A DNA stretch of 54,455 nucleotides, counting the filler, from Basidiobolus ranarum (Eukaryota), in NCBI GenBank assembly GCA_040143965.1. It is 2 parts of 2 records of this genome, joined end to end, with 100 filler letters (N's around TTAATTAATTAA, not from the genome) between each part and the next. Parts side by side here need not be neighbours in the genome. Positions count along the whole stretch, not along the records: positions 27,357 to 54,455 come from JASJQH010000125.1; 1 more part is not named here. The stretch is one strand, 5' to 3'. A model generated the notes under the pieces. It was not told the origin of the DNA, searched no databases, and saw nothing but the letters and a program-made list of their open reading frames with translations. The translations under genes and the position numbers were made by a program. This document shows, piece by piece, positions 38,368 to 51,993 of this stretch. Position 1 is the first letter of the stretch. Each line of letters starts with the position of its first letter.

Positions 38368-39286
38368 ATGGGCTGTTGCGCTTCTCAACCCGCTGACGAT
38401 GATGTTCACAACAATCCGGATAGAGTGATACCTAATGCCGGTTCGCTATACTTTCTATTCAAGTATCTATATTTTCTCATTTTAACGTTTCTTTTTGTTT
38501 CTCATTTAGGAAATAAACCATTGAAGAAAAAAGTAATAACATGGACTTCCGAGACACCTCTCACCTTAGCACAACTTCAGGCCCAGCGTGATGGTTTCTG
38601 GGACACTGCGCCTACTTACGAGGTTCGTTAGTCTTTTGCGTTTATATATTACTGTTCAAGTACTCAATCATTTTTTTTAGGGTCGTCGGGATGTTTGGGA
38701 AGGTTTGCGTACAGCCTGTGAAACCAATGATCTTATTCACGCTCAAGCCATTGTTGATGGACTTCGTCTATCAGTTCCTACCGGTCACTTATCTGATGGC
38801 TGTTATGATGAACTCGGCAATCGGTATATAATTCCACAATATTGCTTTGCCGAGCCAACCAATCTGGTTATGGTCAGCTCAGAGTCCAACGTAAAGCCTC
38901 CAGTAGAACTACCAGCGCCTGAATATGAACTAGAGGATAAAAAAGTCAAGCCACAGGAGGAAGTATCGGACACATCTAAACCTCAACCGATCCCAGTAAT
39001 TACCGTAACTGAGCACGCACCTGAGCCTGAGGTGGAGGCATTCGGCGATGGGTCCCAGGAGCTAACAGTCAGATTGAACACCGGTAAAGATGTTCGCATA
39101 AAAGTCAGCCCTTCAGAGGATTTGCACAGCGTCAAAGCCAAAGTATGCGCTGCTGAGAGCGTCGATCCTAGTACTGTCAATATAAAGTTCATTTATTTAG
39201 GCAAGATTTTGGATCAGAGCACCACTATTGAAGGGACCAAAATTCCAGCCGGTGGAGTCATACAAGCTCTAGTAGTGCTTGTGTAG
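38368..39286 (+). CDS. UBTD1/2 (DC-UbP) ubiquitin domain-containing protein, 3 exons
   Basis: MGCC lipidation start, LQAQRDGFWDTAPTYEGRRDVW and GCYDELGNRYIIPQYC (UBD), and a C-terminal ubiquitin-like domain (VRLNTGKD...FIYLGKIL). Confidence 0.9.
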
Positions 39287-40056
39287 TCACATTCTATGTA
39301 CTTCCCCTCTATCGTTACTTTCCAAACTCTAGGAATCCAAAACTGTCTTGATGACATATTATTTCGCTTCAATTTCATACCATTTTGAAAACCCTTTCGA
39401 GTATTTTTACACCTTGAACCTTGCCATCCATCTGCTTAATCTATGCTTTTATGTTTTTTCCTAAAATTATTGCCCTTTTCTGATTGTCTTTCGAATGTAT
39501 TCTAAGATGATTGAAATCTGAGGATTGTACAATTGTTATAACAATCATCCAGCTATTTTTCTTAACTAAATGTATTTCGGACTCTAGTTATTTGTAATTA
39601 AAAAACAAACCTCATTAATTATTCATGAAAGTTAGAAATAATCGCTATTCGAGGATAAATACTGCGAATTTCCTCAATTAATAATCCAAAGTGAGGAAAA
39701 TTAAATCAGTTGAGTGAAATATTATCGCAAAATATTGGAAACGTCATATTTCTATGGGAATGATATTGCGAATTCAGTTGGGTGATGCTTATCGGCTACG
39801 TAATCCTATTCAAAAAACCTACCACACCAAAGAGATAGGGCCGCGTAGAAATTCAAAGCATAGCTCGACTCCTTTGAATAAAGTTTTTGATTGTATTGTT
39901 ACTGGTGTTACTTCAAACAGCTACTAAGAAAGTTCACCAGTTCTTCCAAGTTACCTTTAGCTCCTTTATTCACTTCAAAACCTGAAAAATACATTCACTT
40001 TTATTTTCACCTTACAAAGCCTTTTCGTTTAATCTCACATACAACTACTACTAATT

Positions 40057-43000
40057 ATGTCTGTGTTGACTTCTGCCAGTATGTTTTCTCGATTATATGT
40101 AGTTAGGTTTCTCTACTAACCAGTCTCTTGTCTTTTTACAGGTGGTGTTATATCCCTTCTTGATGAAACCGAAGAGTTGCAAGTCTATGCTCTGAGAAAA
40201 CTGGACACAATTGTGGATCAATTCTGGGCTGAAATTGCCGATGCGGTTTCTAAAATGTAAGATCCTAATGCAAACTCTAACAACCCCACCAAATCAAATA
40301 TGCTTACGTCATATACAGTGAGATTCTATTTGAAGATGAAGATTTCAAATACAGACAGCTTGCTGCCCTTGTAGCCTCAAAGGTATTTCTTTTGAACAAT
40401 GATGAACCTTTCACTAGAAAGTCTTTAATCTCCTCTTGAATATAGGTCTACTACCATCTCGGTGAGTTTGATGACTCTCTCACTTTTGCTCTTGGTGCCG
40501 GTGATCTCTTTGACATCTCTTCTAAGTCCCAATATGTTGAAACTATTATCGGTACTTATCTCTCTATATGTATAACCAAGAGGCCATAGCATTCTGACGA
40601 TTTTCTTTAATGATTAGCTAAATGCATCGACAAATACATCAATCTTCGTGTCCAGCAACACGATGATCCTAGTGCATCTGTAGAGATCGATGCTAGACTT
40701 CAAAATGTTGTCGAGAAAATGTTCCATCGTTGTTTTGACGACCAAGAATACAAGCAGGTAATTTCATCGAATCCTTCTGCCCCTCCCCATCTTCCCTCTC
40801 TTCTGACCCGGGTTTCTACTGTTTAATAGGCCATTGGTGTCTCATTGGAATCACGCAGATTGGATATTCTTGAGGAAGCTATCAATAAGGGAGATGCACA
40901 CGAGCTTCTTCCATATGTCCTTGATATCTCCATGACCCTAGTCCAAAACCTTGAATTTAGAAATAAGGTCTTGCGTCTTTTGGTCAAACTCTATCAGAAC
41001 CTTAACGAGCCCGATTACGTTTCTATTTGCCAATGCTTGGTTCACTTGAATGACCCCCAAGCTAGTGCTCAACTCCTTAAGGAGCTGATTGGAAAAGATG
41101 AGGTATGTTCTTCCGAATTGTTCTTACTAGCTTTGCACCAACTAATCTTATGTCGATTTTTAGCATCATTTGCTGATGACCTATCAGATTGCTTTTGATC
41201 TCGAAGAGAATGCCACCCAAGATTTCTTACGCCAAGTGTCTAGCGCTCTTCCATACGATGAGCTTGAGCCCGCTGACAATCAAGACGAAGACAGCATGGA
41301 GGTTGATGGAGAGAAGACCAGTCTTCTTACTAGCCCAACAGTTTACAAGAACATTCGCTCCATTTTAGCTGGAGAGCAATCAATCAAGCTCCACTTGGAG
41401 TTTTTGTTCCGTAACAACCATACCGATTTACTCATCTTGAAAAATACCAAGAACTCCCTTGAATCTCGTAACTCCATGTACCACTCCGCTGTAACATTCT
41501 CCAATGCTTTCATGCATGCTGGTACAACTGTCGACGAATTCTTAAGACAAAATTTAGAGTGGCTTTCTCGTGCCTCCAATTGGTCGAAATTCAGTGCTAC
41601 TGCAGGATTGGGTGTTATTCACAAGGGCCACATCAGCCAAGGATTAGCTTTATTGGCACCTTATCTTCCACAAGAAGGTGTTAGCGGTAGCGCTTATTCT
41701 GAAGGTGGTTCTTTGTTTGCTCTTGGCTTGATCCACGCAAACCATGGCTCCAATGTCTTAGAGTACCTCACCAATGCTTTGAAGAACACACAAACCGAAG
41801 TTTTGCAACACGGTGCTTCTTTAGGTCTAGGCGTTGCTGGTATGGCAACCGCTAACGAACAAATCTATGAAGACTTGAAGACCGTTTTGTTCAGCGATAG
41901 TGCTGTTGCTGGTGAGGCTGCAGGTCTTGCCATGGGTCTTGTTATGCTTGGCACTGCGTCTGAGAAGGCTCTGGATGAAATGTTGCAATACGCTCATGAA
42001 ACCCAACACGAAAAGATTATTCGCGGTTTAGCCATTGGTATGTCACTTATTATGTATGGTAAAGAGGAAGAGGCCGATGGTTTGATTGAACAACTCACCC
42101 GCGATAAAGACTCCATTCTCCGTTATGGTGGTATCTATACCATTGCCATGGCTTACTGTGGTACCGGTAACAACCGTGCTATCAAGCGTTTGCTTCACGT
42201 AGCTGTCAGTGATGTGAATGATGATGTTCGTCGTGCCGCCGTCACCGCCCTTGGCTTCTTACTTTTCCGCACACCACAGCAAGTTCCTAGAATGGTGCAG
42301 CTATTATCCGAAAGCTTCAACCCTCATGTACGTTATGGTGCCACATTAGCACTTGGTATTTCATGTGCTGGTACTGGACTAAGAGAGGCTATTGAACTTT
42401 TAGAGCCCATGACTAAGGATCCCGTTGATTATGTTCGTCAAGGTGCTCTTATCTCGTTAGCGATGATTCTGATTCAACAAAATGAAGCCACCAACCCTAA
42501 AGTCACTAGCATTCGCAAGTTGTTCGAAAAGATCATTGGAGATAAGCATGAAGATGCCATGGCCAAATTTGGAGCTGTCATTGCTCAAGGTATTATTGAT
42601 GCTGGTGGTCGCAACGTCACCATCTCTTTACAATCCCGTTCTGGTCACTCCAATATGTCAGCTATTGTCGGTATGGCTATCTTTACTCAATTTTGGTTCT
42701 GGTTCCCACTTACGCACTTCCTCTCCCTTGCCTTTACCCCTACTGGTCTTATTGGTCTAAACAAGGATCTTCAAATCCCCAAATTCCAATTTGTCTCCAA
42801 TGCTAGACCCTCCTTATTTGCTTATCCAGCCCCTACCAAGCCAGCTACCACTAGTGTAGTCGAGAAGGTTGCCACTGCTGTACTCTCCACTACTGCTAAA
42901 GCAAAGGCACGTGCCAAGAGAAATGAAAAAGAAAAGGGCACTTCTGTTGAGCCAGAGGCAATGGAAACTGATGATAAGAAGGAGGAAACCAAGGAGGAGA

Positions 43001-43281
43001 AGAAGAAGCCACGCAAGAAGGAAGAATCTTTTGAAATTCTGGACAACATGGCTCGTGTTGTTCCCTCTCAGCTTCAGTACATCACATTTAAGGAAGACTC
43101 TCGTTACACACCTCTTAAGAAGGGAGTTGTAGGGGGTATTGTGATGTTGAAAGATACAAAGCCCGGAGCTGAAGAAGAATTAATGGCACTCAGTGTTCCC
43201 ACTGTAGAAGCCTCATCATCCACTACTGATGAAGAAGAAGCAGCACCACCCGAACAGTTTGAATACCCCTTTGAGAATTAA
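40057..43281 (+). CDS. RPN2: 26S proteasome regulatory subunit Rpn2/PSMD1, multi-exon
   Basis: MSVLTSA/GVISLL..., [30 protein letters not shown] repeats, [26 protein letters not shown] and terminal PPEQFEYP. Confidence 0.97.
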
Positions 43282-43722
43282 ATTCACTTTTAAATTATAT
43301 GATTTCGCTTCAGATTTAATCACCCCTTCCCATCCATTCTCTCCTCTTTCTCTCGGTGTACGCTATGTATCCTAGCGTATGGTCACCCCTCTCTCTTGTA
43401 AAAACAAACTTGAATGTTCCTTTACACAGCCACGAGGATGTTTCAAGAAATCACCTTTCTTTTGCCACTATATTATTGATTTCGTTTCACTTTTTTATCT
43501 TTCTTCATGTGTTCCATATACCCATGTGGTCTACATCAACATACATTTGTTATTCATTCTTGAGCGAATTCAGATAAAGAGCCAAAAAATAATGATTACA
43601 TATACGAATATCGATTAGCTATATTTATCTTCACCAACTTTAACTCCAACAAACCTTGTGCTGATCATGAATCTCATTTACGATCATGATTGCTTTATTC
43701 AATCTGCTGGATTTGCTTTGTA

Positions 43723-44050
43723 TTATTCTTCATTTGAAGCCTGCATAATATTGCCCCCTTTTCCAGGAGGATCAATAGGACCGAGCGTTGATGGAGTTGG
43801 GTCCGATTGCCGCAGCCTAGGACTTTTTTTCTCCTTTTTTTTCCTATCTCTGAGCATACATGAAAGACGATTGGCTGGTACGCGATCAGGTTCGTGATTC
43901 TGTAGTAACGCGGCAATATCTCTATTACTGGTACGCATTGTTGGTTTTCGCTACACTTGGTTGTAAAAAAAATAGTGAAAAGACGGATTTCTCGCCATAT
44001 TGTACTCGATCCGCGGAGTTTGACGCATCTACTATTCTGGATCCTACCAT
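43723..44050 (-). CDS. Possible small basic orphan protein (about 90 aa, 2 exons)
   Basis: ATG at 44050 in an A/C-rich context, and a 55-nt GT-AG intron (44005-43951) that joins in frame to ORF 43723-43938. No family recognised. Confidence 0.4.
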
Positions 44051-44559
44051 TTAGTTGTTGTATCTAGTAATTTGATCTACGGTGGTAGTAGTAATGGTGA
44101 GGGTTTGAAACAAATCTCTGAATCAATGAATGACAAAAGATAGTAAATGAATAAAAATCGATCTTGATTGGTTAATTGAATGGCTCATTTGGATTGCGTT
44201 CTCGATTTTGTAAAGGGGAGAATGAGCTACTCTTTCGCCTTAATCAAGCTTATTTTCTTGTCTATTTACTGCGTACACTTTCTTTGTGCTGTTTCTAGTG
44301 ACTTCTTAGTTCAGAGTTTTTTTCTTCACTCTCTTAATTGAATTAACCAAAACATTTCACCTAGTAGAGCCAGTGCTCAATAGGTGTCATCTTGTTTTCC
44401 CTTTCTTCCTGACCATACTTGACGTCAAGATTACTTTTGGGGGTTTTTTCTTCTGGATTAATATTCTAAAAGCTCTCTACCTCCTTGACGTGAACAAGAA
44501 ATATACATCTAATATATATACATACATAGTATTCATCATTTTTTACTTGCGATTCGACA

Positions 44560-46827
<2,268 letters not shown>

Positions 46828-48214
46828 ACAAAGCTGGATATGGTTTTAACAATCTTGTCCAGCTATGCGTCTTTATCTATCCTGTCCATTCCTATACCAC
46901 ATTTTCATCCTCGTCCTTACCACCTTTTGAGTTATATTTCTTATCCTCCTCGTTTGTTTCGGTTCCAACACAATCTACCTCACCATATTTAAGTAACAGG
47001 CAGGGCCAAGTTATCATTGGGAGCGGTGATTCGGTCCCGTACGTTTTGCAACCCAAGACCCAACGACAGCTTACTTAGCCGATTTTCCAGGAATTCTCGA
47101 TGTATCTTCCCCACCCCCTGCCCATTTGCTATTCGAGGTAGCTCTTGTTAACAGAGCAAATGCATATCTTTAGAGTACCGTTGTTTTTGCACCGAGTAGT
47201 GTGAATCATCAGGGCCAAAAGGTCGGGAACGAAGCAGACAATTCTCAGATGAATAGAACTATTGACCTTTGCGAACCGAAACGAGACGTCTGGACCCAAC
47301 TCATATTTATCGATGCTCTTGGAGTACTTCCATTTAGTTGAATGCGACGTTAGGTTGCTAATTCATAAATTTTGGTATTACCCAAATGAGGAAGAATTTC
47401 TTTCATACATGTTTATTTATGTATGTGTGTATATTAGGTTAGAGTATTTTTTAACAACTTTCAAGATTGTTATTGACCATCGGATTTTCCCACTTATACC
47501 TCATTTACTAATAGTCCCCCGAATTCAACACAAGTTCCACATAGAACATAGTATCCAACTTCCAATATATATCTCAATCATGTCAACGCTGTCTTATCTA
47601 TTGATGTATACTGCGACGGAAACGGAAACCGAAAATAAGTAAAATTGGGATGTTATTACAAGGGACATAGCGATGGTTTCTATTCAATGCTGATGTTTAT
47701 TCTTGGAGATGTGAAGCACCCTGACACTCGACCAAACCAAGTAATATACGTGGTTGAAGTGACATACTCGTGTAATACTCACTTAGTCATTGGTGTCACC
47801 AGTTGAAGATTCACCGACTTTAAATGGTAAGTCACTAGCGTCAATAGCTGAGCGATTCATATTAAGATAATGACAAGTGACACAGGAATCATAACAAGAA
47901 ATCATTTCTAATCTTGTCTCTCTTCCTGTCTTCTCCTCGGTTTTAACCGGCTACTCAACTCATGAATCTTAATAAGCAAAAATAGATCTGCAAATGAATG
48001 ATTTCATCTGACAAATCTTTAAATTCCCTAATGATATGGTTTGTGCGAGTAGGAGTGTACATGTTGTATGAGTGTAAGTGTGGGGGAGTGGTTACATATC
48101 ATTGAGCGGATAAATCACGGACGGCGAAAAGGATCACGCGAGAGAGATTTGGTTATAAATGAAGTGAAAGAGGTTACCAAAAGCAACCACAAATCAAATT
48201 ACCTCAATTCAACC

Positions 48215-50026
48215 ATGATTTTCACCTCGAAACTTCCAGCCATTGAGATTCCCCAGGTAGATCTATACACCTTTCTATTAGACACACCCAACTCCGTTGC
48301 AGAATCTCAAGTCGTTTTGACCAATGGTGCTACTGGTCGTAACTACACATTCTCTCAATTGAAGAAGAATTCACTGGCGTTTGGAGGGAATTTGGTGAAG
48401 AAATATGGAGTAAAAAAAGGAGATGTCTTGGCTCTTTTCACACCTAATATAGTATGTGTAGTGATGTTTCAATCGATATATTCCTTACATTGAATTAATC
48501 GGAGTTTTGTTCACTTTAGACTGAATACTCTACAGTATGTTTAGGTGCATTTGCCGCAGGTGCCACAGTCACCACGGCCAATCCTGCTTACACACCTAGT
48601 GAGCTTGCTCATCAGTTAGGTCAAACCAAGCCTAAAGTGATTGTAACGCTGTCTAGCTTGGTTGAGACAGTCAAACAAGCCATGGAGATTGCCAAGGTGG
48701 ATCTACAATTCATCCTTTGTGATAGGGAACTATTTGGTCTTATGGAGGAATCCAATAGAACATTTCAACGAGTGAAATTAACGGATCGAGATGTAGCATA
48801 CATTTGTTATTCATCGGGTACATCAGGTAAATAGAATCCATGGAGATGAAAGAAGATCACATTATCCATATGCCACACCCTTTACTCATCTAAATATGTT
48901 TAGGAGCTCCAAAGGGAGTACAACTTACTCATCGTAATCTGGTAGCGAATATACTTCAACAATCCGTCTTGTACGAGAAGAAAGAACAAGATATTGTACT
49001 TGGAGTACTTCCATTCTTTCATATCTTTGGACTTTGTTGTATCTTACATGCACCATTATACCGAGGAATGCAAGTGATAACGATGGAGAAATTTGATTTA
49101 TTGGAATTCTTAAAGATCATTGAAAAATATCGAGTCACTATGACTACTATAGTACCACCTATCGCTTTGGCTTTGGCTAGACATCCAATCGTTCAAAAAT
49201 TCGATATTAGTTCTTTGAAAAGTGTCGTTTGTGGTGCGGCTCCTTTGAGTAGAGATTTAAGTGAAGAATTAACAGTTGCTACTCGTGGAGGAGCTATAAA
49301 TCAAGGTTATGGTATGACCGAAACATCCCCAGTGATCGCCGTTAGTATGCCAGGAAAGATTGTTCTCGGTTCGATTGGAATTCTGGCACCCAATGTAGAA
49401 GCCAAGATATTAAGTCCAGAAGGAAAAGGTATGAAAGAAAGAAAAATAAGCATCCTATTGGATATAGATTTTTTAACCAGTAAATTTCACTTCATTCATT
49501 AGAACTTGGAATCAATGAAGAAGGAGAATTATGTGTTAGAGGACCTAATATCATGTTAGGTTACTTTAATAACCCTAAAGATACGGCGGATATCATGGAT
49601 AAAGATGGATTCTTACATACCGGAGATGTGGCTAAAATCGATGAAAATGGATACTTCTTTATCACGGATCGTTTAAAGGAATTAATCAAATATAAAGGAT
49701 TTCAAGTGGCACCTGCTGAATTAGAAGCTTTAATTCTAACTCATCCATCGGTCATGGATGTAGCGGTCATTCCTTTCAATCAACCAGAACAAGCAACCGA
49801 AGTACCATTGGCCTATGTGGTGGTAAAAGAAAAATCATTAGAGAATTCCCAAACTGCTAAAGATATCATCGAATTTGTAAGTAAGAATGTAGTAGCTTAT
49901 AAAAAATTAAGAGGTGGTGTAAAATTCTTAAAAAGTATACCGAAAAATTCTTCGGGTAAAATTATGCGTAGACATTTAAAAGATTTATTGAAAAAAGAGG
50001 GACTTACACTTACCGCTAAACTTTAA
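48215..50026 (+). CDS. 4-coumarate-CoA ligase/luciferase-like acyl-CoA synthetase, peroxisomal, 4 exons
   Basis: YSSGTSG/PKG, VLPFFHIFG, QGYGMTETSP, LHTGD, ELIKYKGFQVAPAELE and PKNSSGKIMRR, ending in a C-terminal PTS1 (AKL). Confidence 0.92.
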
Positions 50027-50146
50027 TTCATTTTTATATACTTATAATAAACTTATATATTGCTTCAGAATGAGATTGCTTTTATTCCATATTTCTAGGA
50101 GATTATGGGATGGTGAGGTATGAGGGATGGGGCATGAGAGGGTTGT

Positions 50147-51294
50147 TTATATGGTTAAAAGAATGGTCATTAAAGTGCTATTCGTTAATTGAATATAAAT
50201 CATTTGTGCCATCAATTTGATCACTAATCCACAGAGCATCACCAATGTTGTACGTAAATATCCAAAATCCAAGAACACTAGATTTGATGAAGGGTTTTGG
50301 AAGTTAGGATCAGGGAGCAGATATTAATGGATATGAATCAATTGACATATATAAAAATCCATCTACCTGAAAGTGCTTCCAAATTTGAAGCAAATACGAA
50401 TACACTCAATAACCAAGAATATTCCAATTCATTATAATCCCAAATAACCATCAAGATGAGTAATAATTTACCAAAACTTGAGATTATAAGAGCCATGGAG
50501 ACATAGTTATATCTAAATTAAAGTATCAAATGAATCTCTATTCTATCATTAAATTCTATCATATATAATAAAACTTACTTGATAATCGCATATTTACTTC
50601 CAAGACAAAAACTAACCGCTAAACGTACACCAAATTGATACGCTAAAAACTCTAAATAGTTTCGTTTAGAAAAAGAGCCTTTAAATATTTCAATGGATTC
50701 ATAGTTACCTATTAGACATAGCGCTAGTATATAGATATATTGTAGATATAGTGGTTGGTCACCAAATGGAAACTTCGTCTTCGCATAATATCGCTCTAAT
50801 TTAAACCATTTGATATCTTAAAATTGTTAAAGTTAAACCAACCTTTCAACAAAAAACCACAACAACCATATTCATCAGGTTGACAATGAACGGAAAAGGA
50901 TACAAACATCAAATAAGATGAGTAGAATTCCAAGTTTTAAAACACTGGGCTAAAGAAAATTCGTCAAGTAAGGAAGAGGAGATAAAGTAGAACACTTTAG
51001 TAATAGGCACATACATGTATTCCTTGATCTTTGTAATCCAATCTATTGAACAGTATATGCCTATATACTTGAGGTTTAAACAGTAACAAGTCGATAAAAA
51101 TTATCACTGCATCATGTTCTACATATTTATCCACGAAATTTTTGCAGTTCTCCTATTCTCATTCAGGTTAGCACTAGAATGCTCATATGGCTTGAATAAA
51201 AAATACTTACGCACTGGGTCAAACGAATATTTCCTTTGCTATACTCCATGTAAAGAGTAGAGACTGGGGTACCACATTCCACACATGTAGGCAT
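50147..51294 (-). CDS. ARV1: Arv1 sterol/lipid homeostasis protein, multi-exon
   Basis: MPTCVECG...YSKGNIRLTQC / NCKNFVDKYVEHD...IDLLLFKPQVYRHILFN zinc-binding Arv1 domain, LILFDVYIKW, ISSFGKLLL, and TM exons. Confidence 0.9.
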
Positions 51295-51993
51295 ACTCAA
51301 TGCTTTCAGAGGTATTAAAGAGATGCACGCAACGCAACAAGAATACCTTTCTTGATTCACTGGTCATAGATCAGAGAAATTCGATTCATACTGAACTAGG
51401 CAAAATGTGTAGTATATACAACCTAAACATCAAATGATGATTATCTCAGCACGTGATTTGAGTATTGTCAAAGATGAGTTTTGAAATATTTGACATGAAT
51501 TGATGGCTAACTATTCATGGGTTATGTATTAAATTGCTTGATCTGAATTCATAGGATTGGAACAAAAACAAACCGGACGATTGGTCAGTATGGTAATGTT
51601 TACTGTTGTTCTGTTTACTTATTTTCATTGAATCCAGTCACACCATACCATCTTCCTACATATAGAGGCACAACATCGCTTTTTTCCACAACCACTCTTA
51701 ACGTATTCGAAATATTTGGTCTATTACACGCTAGCATTATCGTTTGTTTGGAAACTTTAGGATTTCATTCCCTCCCCCTAGACCACCATTGATTCTTTCC
51801 TAGTTATTAGTACCCCTTCATCACACAAACCTTGTCTCTACCTTTTTACCGTTTCCATTTGACTTTATCTAGACACTTTTTCTATCCTTGAATTTAAGAA
51901 AAAGCCTTATACTATCCCTGACTTGCAAAAGAAACTACTCGCCAATTCTTACCTGACGTCTTCGTATATCCAACATTCATACGCTCAACAATC

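Noticed and set aside
47262-47642. 126-aa ORF between WEE1 and the 4CL-like gene
   Set aside because: TTG start, AT-rich low-information sequence and no motif.
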